In this document: piece after piece, positions 48,869 to 61,500 of the stretch
Numbering within the stretch: the first letter of the stretch is position 1
How the letters are laid out: every line of letters starts with the position of its first letter
Origin: Lingula anatina
Taxonomy: Eukaryota; Animalia; Brachiopoda
Direction of reading: 5' to 3'
Length of the DNA stretch: 64,000 bases
Assembly: GCA_051362555.1 (NCBI GenBank)
Contig: CM120641.1
Coordinates: 4,588,001 to 4,652,000 of the forward strand
Translations under genes and position numbers: made by a program
The notes under the pieces: generated by a model
What the model saw: the letters and a program-made list of their open reading frames with translations, nothing else
The model's database searches: none
What the model was told of the DNA's origin: nothing

Positions 48869-50122
48869 ATGGCACCCTTTCTAGATATTCTAGGAAAAAC
48901 CTGGAAAGGGATTCGACAAGATGACGACTTTGCCAACCGCCTCAACCATCGCTACACAGCAATCATCTTCATAGTTTTCGCCGTCGTGGTCATGTCTGCC
49001 AGCTATGTGGGTGACCCTATTCACTGCTGGATGCCGGGAGAATTCAAAGACTCTCACAAATCGTACGCCAACAACTACTGTTGGATCAAAAACACGTATT
49101 ATATCCCGTTCGAGGAACGTATTCCGGGCGCGGATCTGCCCAGGCCACACATCGGATACTACCAGTGGGTCCCTATCGTCATGCTGCTGCAGGCTCTTCT
49201 CTTCTATTTCCCCGTCGTTTTCTGGCGGCTGATGAGCGGTGCCACGGGAATAGACGTCCATGCCATTGTCAAAGGTGTCAGCGGTCTTGATTACCTTGAT
49301 CCAGAGAAGAGAGCCACGGTAATTAAATACCTAGTACGCCATATGGACCGTTACTTCGGTCACAAGAAAGACAGAGATCGCGAATGCTTTGGCAGTTTGA
49401 GAACCATCATAACCAATATGCTGATATGTTGTGGGGTAGGGAAAAGATTTGGCAACTATCTGATTTTTCTTTTCATGTGGGTGAAAGCTTTGTACGTGGC
49501 AAATTCCATTGGTCAGCTTTTCCTGCTCAACACTTTCCTTGGGACTAAATTTCATCTCTTTGGGTTTGAATTTCTTCGCAATTTTATGGACGAGCAGGAC
49601 TGGACCACGTCTGGCCGATTTCCCCGTGTTACTCTCTGCGACTTCAAAATGCGACAGCTCGGGGGGAACATTCATCGCTGGACCATCCAATGTGTTCTCC
49701 CCATCAACCTTTTTAACGAGAAAATATACCTGTTCATTTGGTTTTGGTTAATTTTCGTATCAGCAGTCACGGTGTTTGGCTTTCTTACCTGGTTGGCAGT
49801 TTTCTTTGTCGGAGAGCGAAAAGAATACATAAAGAAAAACTTAAAACTTATGGGGGACTATAACATGAAGGACAAAGACATGTTTAAAAGGTTTGTTACA
49901 GAGTATCTGAAAGTCGATGGCGTGTTTGTATGTAAACTCATCCAGCGAAATACAAATGATGTCATTGTGTCAGAGTTTGTGGCTGAACTTTGGGACTTCT
50001 ACAAGAGCAAGCCTGAAAACAAAGTCATGCCGGAAGAAAAGCCCGAGGTTGGACAGCCAATGTTAGAAAATACCGAGTTTAAAGCAGACTTTAAGGACCC
50101 CGACGGAAACTCATACGCATGA
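48869..50122 (+). CDS. inx: Innexin 7 (417 aa), intronless CDS
   Basis: Shows DDDFANRLNH, YVGDPIHCW, YYQWVP, GRFPRVTLCDF and LPINLFNEKIY. Acceptor ttttttttcag|cATG, with a candidate donor cctcag|gtaaga at 48091. Confidence 0.97.
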   Translation: MAPFLDILGKTWKGIRQDDDFANRLNHRYTAIIFIVFAVVVMSASYVGDPIHCWMPGEFKDSHKSYANNYCWIKNTYYIPFEERIPGADLPRPHIGYYQWVPIVMLLQALLFYFPVVFWRLMSGATGIDVHAIVKGVSGLDYLDPEKRATVIKYLVRHMDRYFGHKKDRDRECFGSLRTIITNMLICCGVGKRFGNYLIFLFMWVKALYVANSIGQLFLLNTFLGTKFHLFGFEFLRNFMDEQDWTTSGRFPRVTLCDFKMRQLGGNIHRWTIQCVLPINLFNEKIYLFIWFWLIFVSAVTVFGFLTWLAVFFVGERKEYIKKNLKLMGDYNMKDKDMFKRFVTEYLKVDGVFVCKLIQRNTNDVIVSEFVAELWDFYKSKPENKVMPEEKPEVGQPMLENTEFKADFKDPDGNSYA

Positions 50123-50810
50123 ATGCGGACAATAAGTGTAGCAATAGGTAATTTAGTTCTGTGTCGCTTTAATTGTACACTCACGTTGGAGTTTATGCAT
50201 TTGTCCTGAAGCTTGTTTTTAGAACATTTTCATATTGACAAACAGTTAATAAAAAGTTTGATGTCCAGGTACATATATCTGGATTAAAAGTCAAATATTC
50301 TGCAGCCAAAATCGCCCCGTCCGTTTAGTATACCTCAAGAGATAAAGATGTGAGAGGCAAACACATTTCATTGCCGTAAATCTTCACAATGGTTATCCTA
50401 TCAACGCCTGTCTACAGTTTTATTGTCAAATTAACGCCTTGCAAAGTTCGGCGATCAAGTGCTCTCGATTAATAGATGAAGTGCCTCAAAATGAAGATTC
50501 GTCAAGTGTTTGTGAAATAGGCACGGTTTAACACGTGTAGCGCTGATAAGATACATATGCTATTATATGTATATAGTAGTATTTTAGTTTTACGAAAAGT
50601 TTGCTATTTTACCAATAAATCATCGTTTACATTAGATTTTTAGGAAAAGAGAGAGTGTAAACCGTCTAAAGCTCACCTCTTTTGTGAACCAGCTTATGAT
50701 GACACTTAGTTCTGATATTGCAGTCTTAAGCACTGTCATATAATTAATATGTAGCTGGTTATAGTTATTGCTATATATATATTGCTATATATCAGTAGAT
50801 TTATATATGT

Positions 50811-50953
50811 CAGGCCCGTAGCCAAGGGGGGGGGGGGGGGGGGGAGGTTCGGGGGTTCGAAAGAACCAAGCTTTTTGTCAGGAAAAAGTCAATTCTGGGT
50901 AAAATTTGATTTAGGCACACAAAGGTCCACTTTTTCGGAAAAAGACCCCCCCT
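50811..50953 (+). mobile_element. Truncated MITE-like repeat beginning caggcccgtagcca, followed by (TA)n
   Basis: It has a CAGG terminus and a poly-G tract, matches 15510-15682 in the opposite orientation, and is followed by (TA)n at 50957-50994. Confidence 0.6.
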
Positions 50954-50997
<44 letters not shown>

Positions 50998-51363
50998 AAA
51001 GGGTGCGTGAGAAAGACATATATATATATATATATGGCATTAGTTCTGGTAGTTAGTTCTGGTTTATATTCCAAACATGAGACACGGGCATGCCATACTC
51101 AAGAAAGAGTAGAGTGATATTTGTGTATAGCACTATTAATAACAATTCCATGGTGACGTGAAAGATTACCTGGTGTAACATATTGGATGGGATTTTAACG
51201 AGATATCCTCACTGAGTAAATTTATCCATTTTATATTAAAAGTCATGACTGATATTGTAAGGCAAATAAAATGAGATTTTGGTTGGCTGTATGATTGAAG
51301 CAACACATACGTGTGGTTTTATTCATATATTCTGTAGATAAGTCTCTTAATATACGTTTTCAA

Positions 51364-51370
<7 letters not shown>

Positions 51371-51442
<72 letters not shown>
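51371..51442. repeat. (CT)n(CA)n microsatellite
   Basis: Directly visible. Confidence 0.9.
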
Positions 51443-51444
<2 letters not shown>

Positions 51445-52329
51445 TCTTTCTCACGCACCCTTTTATTATCTAACCTTAGCATGACTAGCGTCTTATTTGT
51501 TTGTCCTGCACCAGATTGCACCACCCCTAAACGTCGATAAGATCCTCGTGAATCACGAGCGGAAGAGGACCGTTAATCCTTGGGAAATATAGTTTAAGGG
51601 ACTATTTATTATGTAGGCCCCTAAACCTTTCACGTTTATGCATTTATTTTAGATTAAAAGTACTTGGGTCATCCATTTTAGATTGTCAGGAGTTTGTCAA
51701 AAGTTTTGGTCTTTACGGTGCTAGATTTTTAAAAACTTCCACATCAGGTTGGGTGATATTTATACTTACGGTAAAATAAGAAAGCCGGATTTGTCAACGA
51801 GTTTCTGATTTTTCTTCAGTGGCACCTTCAGGTATGATGAAACGAACGACCCCCTTATAATTCCTTAACGTCAGACAAAAAGATGACTTTCTTTAACTTT
51901 CATCTTTCGAACTTTTCTCAGTAAATATAGCCTGCTTGAGGACAAAAAGTGCCAAGATCTCAATTGACATTTAACTTTTACACTCTTTTTTAAAAAATCT
52001 GTGTCTTGGTGTTTAGGAAAGCCCAAATTGTAAGCCCATTCTTTGTCGATAAAAATCGAATTGATGCTAAAAGGTCTTCTGTGAATGTTCTTACCAAAAT
52101 AGCAAAAAGCAGTCAAAGCTGTGCATATGTTCTTAGAGAGCAAAATAAAAGTCACTATACTAATTTCGTCACAATATCAGTGGAGTCACGATTTTTCTCC
52201 AGTCTGTTGTATACAATTGCAGCGATACTGGGCGCAGGATCAGCATTGGGTTCAATCAACCTCACAATCGCACCAACTGCGATTGTGTATTGCGCATCCG
52301 CATGCGCACACCTAATGCAATTTGCAAGA

Positions 52330-53532
52330 TTATAAATTTGTCTCTTCTTTTTCGTTTTCGGGCTCTGCACCTAGGCTATTCTTTTTACGATATAAATCCC
52401 ATAGTTCAGCTGTAAACTCAGCCACTATCACGTCGTTTGAGTTTCTGTTTAGTAACTTCAGTGCCCATACGCCGTCTTGACGTAGATAATCGTGAATAAA
52501 AGCTTTGCAAAGCTGCCTGTCATCTTCTGTGCCCATAATTCTGTTCTTCAGCAGGAGATTTTTCATCACAAATTGCTTCCGTTCGTTAGTGAAAAACACA
52601 CTGATCCAAGTTAGGAATCCAAAAACTGTTGCGATGCAAACAAATACGAGCCAAAACCAGATGAAAATGTAGATTTTCTCATTGAACATGTTGATCGGTA
52701 AAGCGCACTGCACCGTGTGACGATGAATGTTACCGCCGAGCTGACGAATCTTGAAGTCGCAGAGGGTGACTCGCGGAAACCGCCCGGAAACATGCCAGTC
52801 GTTATTCAAAGCCAGGTCGCGTATAACATCGAATCCGTACAGATGAAACGTCGTTCCCAGGAAAGCATTCAGCAGGAATAACTGGGCAATGGCATTGGTG
52901 ACGTACAAAACTTTGGTGATCATATAGAGAAATATCAGAAAATTCCCGTGTCGTTTTCCAATCTTACAACACATGAGTACGTTAGAAATCAGTCCACGTA
53001 TTCCCCCACTGCAGCATTCTTTATCCTGGGGCTTATTGGACCCGAAATACCTGTCCATGTGCCGTACAAGATACTTAATTGCCTCATCCCTTTTGTCCGG
53101 ATTCAGATACTCGCGTCCTACGATGGCCTTGGTGATGGTGTTCATATCAATCCCAGTGCTGCCACTCATAAGGCGCCACACCACGGTGGGAATGTAAAAG
53201 AGAAGGGACTGGAGAAGCATCATAATGGGTACCCACTGGTAGTACCCGATGTGAGGTCGGGGGAGCTCGTGGTTTGGTATCCGCTCCTCAAATGGCATGT
53301 AGTACGTGTTTGATATCCAGCAGTAGTTGTTGGTGTAAGAGACGTAATTCGATATAAAGTTGGCCGGCGTCCAGCAGATGATTGGCGAGCCGACATATTG
53401 CTGTGTGCTGACCAGGACTGCGAACACCATCAGAAACAAGGCGGTGTAGCGATGGCTGAGACGGTCGTAGAAGTCGTCGTCACGGCGTAAACCGGACACA
53501 GCCTTGCTTAGAATATCCAAAAAAGGTGCCAT
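52330..53532 (-). CDS. inx: Innexin 8 (400 aa), intronless CDS, inverted relative to the rest of the cluster
   Basis: Shows DDDFYDRLSH, QYVGSPIICW, YYQWVP, GRFPRVTLCDF and LPINMFNEKIY. Acceptor tttaatttcaccag|gATG on the minus strand. Confidence 0.97.
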   Translation of the reverse strand: MAPFLDILSKAVSGLRRDDDFYDRLSHRYTALFLMVFAVLVSTQQYVGSPIICWTPANFISNYVSYTNNYCWISNTYYMPFEERIPNHELPRPHIGYYQWVPIMMLLQSLLFYIPTVVWRLMSGSTGIDMNTITKAIVGREYLNPDKRDEAIKYLVRHMDRYFGSNKPQDKECCSGGIRGLISNVLMCCKIGKRHGNFLIFLYMITKVLYVTNAIAQLFLLNAFLGTTFHLYGFDVIRDLALNNDWHVSGRFPRVTLCDFKIRQLGGNIHRHTVQCALPINMFNEKIYIFIWFWLVFVCIATVFGFLTWISVFFTNERKQFVMKNLLLKNRIMGTEDDRQLCKAFIHDYLRQDGVWALKLLNRNSNDVIVAEFTAELWDLYRKKNSLGAEPENEKEETNL

Positions 53533-53962
53533 CCTGGTGAAATTAAAATAAAATGAAACAGAGGGGTATTTTGATTATTTCTATTTTAATTCTGCATGTA
53601 AGATGTGAGGAGAAAAATTCAAGGAAGATAAATGCATAAAACTTGTATGTGCTTTTGTCCCATTCTCCTCAAATGAACGCCAAAATGCTTTAGTTCATTA
53701 AAAAAAAATCCAGAGTAAAGTTTTAAAGCTAATTGCCTAAGTATACACACTTCTCTAAGTAAATTGGAAACAGACTGAATACACTCGTCATACAAGATAG
53801 AAGAGTTTACTTTCACAGTCACAAAATAAAAACCCAACTCTTCAAACCATCAAAGGAAAAATTCCAACTCCAAAAATTCAAAATGATTACAAATTCTTAA
53901 TTAAGACACTGTATGTATTAACGCGAACATAAAATTATAAAATATCATAAACGTTCACTCAC

Positions 53963-54035
53963 CTGTTCCCACGAACCAAAGTCCGCTATGGTTAAGTCTA
54001 CACTAACGCACAACCCTTGATTCCCGCATATATAC
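53963..54035 (-). promoter_or_regulatory. TATA box, Inr-like site and short non-coding exon of innexin 8
   Basis: On the minus strand, TATATATG (54035-54028) is followed about 30 nt later by TTAGTG (54006-54001) and then the consensus donor gaacag|gtgagt (intron starts at 53962). Confidence 0.65.
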
Positions 54036-55510
54036 ACCTGATGTAACATTGCTGGCAGTAACAATTTGACATATTTAATCACGATTGTCTCCGGATCAGA
54101 TTGTATCAGATTCTATTTGAGATAAATATCATATCAGTAAATCAACGTCTCGTGTTATCATTAGTCTGATTTTATTATATTAGCAGGGGACAACGTTTGA
54201 CCCATTTCTCAGGTATATACATCAATGTTCTCTTTTCTCTTCAAATATTGCACACTTTTATTTTGTGTACACGCACATTGTTGGTTTGCTCCGAAATAAA
54301 GGAGCAAACCAACAATTCAAAAAAATTGTACTGTTCTTTATAATTCTGAAAATTATTATATAAACATGGGTATATCATATCAATAAGTTTCCGCGACTTA
54401 AGAAACGTTGGATCTTAACAAATGATATTTATTGCCGCAGTATAATATAATTTTCTCATTTTTACTTTTACTATTCCTGTGTGCGAGTGCTTTAATTTAA
54501 AAATCAATTTGCTCCTCTGCTGATTTATACATATTTCATGTGATAAAAGTGCGAAAGTCTATCTCGGTGCCTGAGCCTCTGTGATTGGAAAAGCAGAAAA
54601 CAGAGAGAGAGATTAAACTGTTCCCACACTCATAATCAGGAATGGAATCAAGAGGGTGATGGATCCGAAGGATGACTAAACATAGTGAAAACGTATATTA
54701 AGAGACCAGCATCCATGTATAATGAACTTTTTTAAAAAAAGACTGAAGCATAACTCTGTTTTAAATAATTTTTTCAATCATTAATTTTTTCAAAGAAGGT
54801 TTATTCAAAAAAGAGAAAAAGGAGGTATTGCATGCTCTCCTTAAAAATACACGATGAAAATAAATATTAACTAGGGGCAGTATATACAGAAAAGGGCAAA
54901 AAAAGAAAGAAAAATAATAAAGTATATAACAATTTATATTATGAGAGAACAAATTCATTAGCTCTGTATGTATAAATTAAAATTATTGTTTTTCTTTTTT
55001 ATCAAGAGCTAATAAAATATGTGGGTATTACTCCTGATGCCGGTGACTGACAGTCACAGAAATATCGAAATATATATTATGTATTCATTTAGTTATTTAT
55101 TAGCACTATGTACAGTTTCGTTGTGTCTGTTTTCTTTAGTTTTAAATCATTTAATGCTATTACCCAATAAAAGAATATGAACAATTTTGAAAATGTAAGC
55201 AAAATATTATTAAATTGAATTCAATAAAGCAAAGATTATGCGTTTATAATAACAATGCACTGAATAAAGGCAGGTTATTCTAATAAATATCTTTTAATTA
55301 TATTGCATGTACCTCGCGTTAATTATTGCTATTTCTCAGACTCATTATGGCACAATGGTTTAAAAACATTATCACAGCATTTGTATAGACTAGGTATGAA
55401 CAGATGTATAGTCGTATCATTGCCAAAGTTGTACAGACATTTTCTCAACGGTCGGGTATCATATATGCGTAGTGCATTGTAATCGAACCACGGGGGGGGG
55501 GGGGGGTTGT

Positions 55511-58500
55511 CTAGTTTTTCCTCCCTTGCCTGCGTCCTTCCTTCTGCCCATCAATAAGTTCCCTGTAAAATATGAAATTATCCTCTCAGGTTTTTCAAAA
55601 GGTCGTGTTGGGGCACATGATATTAAGTATAAGAAATATTGATTGGGCTCTCTTGTTTTCTCCAAAAACAGCTACTGTAACTTACAGTTCAAGATCTTTG
55701 ACGGCATTTCTATTCTATCAAAGTCAAATTCAACTAATGAATATCCCCGATGATCAAAAGTACGTTTTGTTGAAATGACTGAGCACTCTTAGGCCCCTAT
55801 TTTCCTCAACAGCAACTGCCGTAACTTGCAATTCAAGATCTTTAATAACATTTCTATTCTATCAAAGTCCAATATAAGTAATGAATTTTCTGTACAAATG
55901 TTCACTCTCTTTAAGTCCATCATCAATTGCAGTTAATAGGAAGTAAAACCCTTACTTGAAGTCGACTTCGCCATCTTTATCCTTATCCAGCATATTGACA
56001 AGTTCGTCCAGCTGAGCTGTCGTCATGGGAACGTCTACCGCCTGCAATTTATATCCAATCAAGATTCTGATAATGAATACGTGCAGTCCGAGGCTAGCTT
56101 CACGGCTTTAACCAAAGACACACAGATTGCCAAACCGATCAGCTAATTCACAATGCAAGGATTCAGTTGTTCTTGGGGATTATAAATAGTGTTTTGACTG
56201 TGAGAGCACTGAAGAAAGCACCTCTATATATGACTACATTGTGCAATGGTTCTCGACAAAATTCTTAAATCGACCAAATCACTATCGATAAATATATATT
56301 TATGCACATGCAGGCAAATACCTTTAACCCCATGATGAATTCCTCCCTGGTAACTGACATGCTCCCGTCTTTATCTAGGTGTTTAAATAAATCTATGAGG
56401 CGAAAGCTTTTTGACTCCATAAACCATCGTAGAATATCGATTGGGCTGGACGAAATGATGGGCTGAGAACGACCTTTCTTCTCATCGCCTGTCGAAAAGG
56501 AAAAAAAATTATTAGCCAGTTCGTTGCACAACGTGGACCGGTGCCATAACATTTAACGTGTGATGTATCTTTTGATGACTTGTAAATGAACAATATATAT
56601 GCTCTTGTACAAAAATGCAAGGTTAAGAAGAATTCAAGTTACAAAAAATAAACCGATCCATCACCATAGTAACGGTCCGACTTAAGTATTCCATCAATTT
56701 TGAACTGGAAGCTTGGGTTTGTCTCCCTGATCTTCTCCACCATCATGATGCAGTCTTTGTGAACGTATACACGCTAAAACAATACGTGAACACTTTAACA
56801 AAAACATACAAGACATGACCCTCTTCAAATGTCTTTAACTGACACACACTAGGCCTAGTAACTAGCACATAGGCCTATACATCGCACTCACCTTCTTACA
56901 ATAGGTAAATAAATCAATATGTATTTAGTTTCCCTTATATTCTAGTCTTATTATAATTTAACTATAGCGTTAAAGAAAAGACATAACATTAAAGTCAGTA
57001 CTGTACAGACGCGACGTGAAAGTTATCTACTTACGGATAAATCGACGCATTTCAAGGCACTATGTTCGTTCTTCAAAAGTGCTTTAAGCACTGCTAGTCC
57101 ACCAAGGGTTGTGATCGTGTTGTAGCCCATCTACAAGCAAATTTTAAAAAAACATACATATGTGAATAATAAAAATAGAGAAATATGTGATTAATAGATT
57201 AAAGCCGGAATGATTGGTCTTTCTTGGAAAGTACAATTTGGGATATTTTGAAGTTCATATAGAGTGTGCCCCCCCCCCCCTCTAGAAAGGAGAGGAAATC
57301 CATGGTGCCATCCCCCAGCTTAATCTTCAATTGCATATTTTTATGGAGTAAGTGACGGGGATAATGCAGTATATGTGCATTGCTGATTTATTTATTTTCA
57401 TAGGTCTACAGCCAAAATGTGCGTGTCCGCTGAACTGTAGTCTTCATCCTATCCCGCCTTTCCTTGCTGAAAATCCTACTCCGTTTCTCCAGTCCAAATA
57501 TTTCTTGTAATAAACAGTACCCTCATGGTAGATGAATAGATGAAAAAAATGGTACCGTTACTTTACGTTTCAGGTAGGATATTAATATAGGAATATATGA
57601 ATACATGCATACATGTAGGCCTACATACCTTTAAAATTTCAAGGTGTTCGTTACTCTCTAAGGATTTACATATCTTCACCACACCATTATCAAACAGTCG
57701 CGTACTGGTCAAGTCGAGTTCCTTTAGGCTCACATTGTGTTTTATTGTAGCTGCTACAGCTGAGGCTGCCTCTGCCACACCATTCATTGAATATATGAAG
57801 GTCTTCAACATTACGTTATCCTATGTAAAAATAAAGCGTGTCATATTCCGTGATGCTGTATTCTCACATTGCCCAAAGGAGCAACTGAGAGTGCGAGAAA
57901 TATTTTTTAATATACTCTAAAGTTTTAAAATATATACGCATAACTTGAAGACAGATATGAAGATATGTTTAAAATATTGCTACAGATACTTTTTTCTAGC
58001 CAGTAAATTTTTTGCTGCATTAAAAAGACACAAACATGTGGCGTCAGTGAGCTTATTAAGATATACACACTGGTCAGTTACTAACCGTCAACCCTTGAAA
58101 TATTGCTGCACTCCCCTTAGGCCTAAAGTTGTTCCATCCCAGATTCAAAACCCGCAGTGCATCGTTATTGGCTAAAAACAAAATAGAAACGACTAAGTAA
58201 GTTAAACTATTATTCACATTCCCCGAAAAACGTGCCCTACAAACCTATAATCAATTACCGGTTCTTTATGTTTCTTAAATATAACAAATGGAACCACTGA
58301 CAAATTTGTCAGAATTATCCTAACCTGGTTATCGGCAGCAGTTTATTCCAAAATCCAAACATGTACGACTCACCTAATGAAGCTCCTATTATATTTGCTG
58401 CGCTCTCTCCCATATTATTATGACTCAGATCCAACTCCGCAAGAGTTTTTACATCCTGGGGATAGAAAAACAAGTTTGATTTTTGCTCAGTTGTAATATT

Positions 58501-61500
58501 TAAGTGTCATTCCGCTTAAAAAAAATGAACGCATTTTGTAATATTTGCGTGACAGTATTACGCCACTTTTAAATTATTGTAGAAATCTTTTCATGTTGGA
58601 GGACACAATAGTTTAAAACAGCTAAAATATGGGGCAAGTGAAAATTTTGTAAATACTACAAAATATGTGCGTCACTGACCTGAGTCAAATGTTCACGTTT
58701 TTGTTTTCTTATATTTCCAAACATACACACACAACAGAAAATATTTACGAAATGAAACTGTCTACAAAAATATATAAGTGCGCATCTTTTTTATGACAAG
58801 AGACCAAGTTTGTACATAAATAGCTGTCTAAGGCCATCAATGTACATAAATAGCATAGAGCACGTTTCTGGTTTATGAACATTCTAAGAGGATAAAACGA
58901 GTTCAAAAATGGTAGATGACTGTGGTATTATACTTAACAATTAAATGCGTAGAAATTAAATAAAATGAAAAACAAAAATTAAATTAAATCTTACCTGAAG
59001 TAAATTTGCAATATACGTAGCATGTTCGTCTGCCAGATGCGTCCCTGGAAAGTACACAGGTGTTATGTTAACATGTTGTTCAGAATGTTGATATGTTTAA
59101 TACATGGGAAGTATCGATCCTACAGGTACTTCTTTGCCTGTTAACATTTGGCTATTGTAAATATACACGCTTCAGGTGATTTACCTAACTGTTCTTATGT
59201 GTGCAAATGACTTCCATATATGCCTCGAAATTATCTGAAATTATCTTTATAATCAAGTTGTAAAATATCAGAACATGTATTTGGCACAGCTTCTGTTACT
59301 GTTTTTAATTTTTAAGACTATATAGATCGTACCTGATAGGCTCAGAACGGTTATATTTTGATTGACTAGAAGTGCCATTGACAGCGATTTAAGACCTTCC
59401 GTGCCAAAGAGATTACCCGAGAGATTCTGAAGAAAGAAAATAACCTGTTAATCGGATTTTACTGACGTAAGTCACTTCCAAAAATGACTTAGTAGTAGGC
59501 CTAATATATAGACTACTTAGCTGTTATATATTATTTTTACTGACTTTTTACATGGCCATTAGCGTTATGTTTACTCAAAGGCACATGCACCAAAAAGCAA
59601 AGCATGTAATTGCCGTTAATCGGGTGGAGATGTAAACCAAAAAGGACACCTAGATGCTAAACAGAATTAAAACTGGCCAATTATGTTTGCTCCGTCGCTC
59701 CTCCTATGAATTTTAGTTTTGTTAATGGTAAGGAAAATGTACCCCCCCCCCCATGGCCGCATACGGGTACCATTGGTCGTTGTGAACCAATACAATCTCA
59801 CCTACCAATGATCTGATATTCAGATTTTCTCGTAACATCGGTGCCAGGTGAGCGAGGCCGCCAGCACTGAGGTTGTTCCCGCTAAGGTCCAGGTGGGTCA
59901 CCGTGGTATTCACCTGATGAAGATTAAGACAAAAATTTAACTATGCAGTTTCAAAAAATGTTTAATTTTATATAAGGAATATAACTTAAGCCAGATTCAG
60001 GAGGACAAGGAAGGTTCCTATGTTTAAACATAAGCCATTGAAAGGGGTGCAATGTCAAGATTAAATTAGATTTGGGGACCATTCCCAGACCCCATCGTAC
60101 TAACTGTGGATCTATTTATCTCCGAGGGGATTCTCGCTAAATTGCAATCAACTTAAGAGGCTAAGATGCCTGTCACGCCTACTGAAGCTACTATGGGGTA
60201 ATTAATTATCGTTTAGCAGCTTCAGTAGGCGTGCCATACATCTAAGCCGCTTAAGCTGAAAGCAATTTAGCGAGAATCCCCTTGGAGATGGATCGACCCT
60301 CTTAGATCGATCTAGGTACATGTATGGGAACCCAGTTTTATATAACAGTGCAAAGATCTGTCGTGAATTTCTCTTTAACCACTTACCATATTTGCTTATA
60401 TGAATATAAATATTAAGCTTTGCTCTAAACTTGGAACGACCCTTCAAAGAAGCGATGAATGAGACATTCAGTAATAGCATACCAACATAAGGAACCTTAG
60501 TTTGCAGCGTAGGTACATTGAAGCGAAATACAAATATTATGGGATAAGATATAATAGAATATGTGAGTTTTGAGTAATCTTGGTGTTTTGTAAACTGAAA
60601 ACACAAAGGAGAATTTATTTGCCTTAATGTCGTTAATGGATGATGTAAGAAGTATTAAAAGCATTCTATTTTCACTTGTATTGTGAGTTATGTTATTAAT
60701 AGTATGCAAGTTCAGTGTGAAATTTACGTGTTCATGCTTAAAGAGGTTTCTAGAGTAATAAGATGTATTTTATTGATTTTTATCAGAAGTATATTGATAA
60801 ACTTGTGTTTTAAAAATCAAATTAATCGAATAGGAAAATCTACCTTTTAAATCATTTTCGTTCTCAAAGTATATATTGTATGTTTAATTTTAAGGTAATT
60901 TTTATAATATTAAATAATGTCTAATATGAAGGAGAACAGCCCACACCGATAATCACTACACATGAACACAGCAAAAAGCACCCCATATGTCAAACTAGGA
61001 GGGTTTTCAAATATTTACAAAAACAATGCTCTCAAGGACTTAAATGGAAAACGATCGCCGCTTTTTTTTATTTTAAAATTTCATCACAGTTTACCTTATA
61101 CACATGTAAAAAAATGACCTTATCCCTACCAGAAGGGCTTCAGCGATCGCTTTTGCTTCCTTTTCGCTAAGCGTCCGATGTTTTACCACTAATTCCGTGG
61201 CTTCAAGGTGACTCAGAACGCTCTGCACTGGCACCACACGCAATCTCTTACATGCAGCAAGATACGTGGCTTTCCCCCACTGATCGAAAGTGCTCTCGCA
61301 CCTAGAATCTGAAAGGAATCAATATTAATGTCATTTAATTGTTAAACCAATTAAGTCGACAGCATCAATCAATCATTGATAAAAATCTGTGCTTACTTCA
61401 TTAACAACCAACCGAGGCTATGGTTTTGATGCAGAAAATGCTAGCCCGTGTTAAATTGTAACACTCTTGAGGTTATTCAAAACCCTTTCAAAAACCCACT

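Noticed and set aside
50782-51540. ORFs with YIYIYI, LSLSLS or HTHTHT runs
   Set aside because: They are translations of microsatellites.
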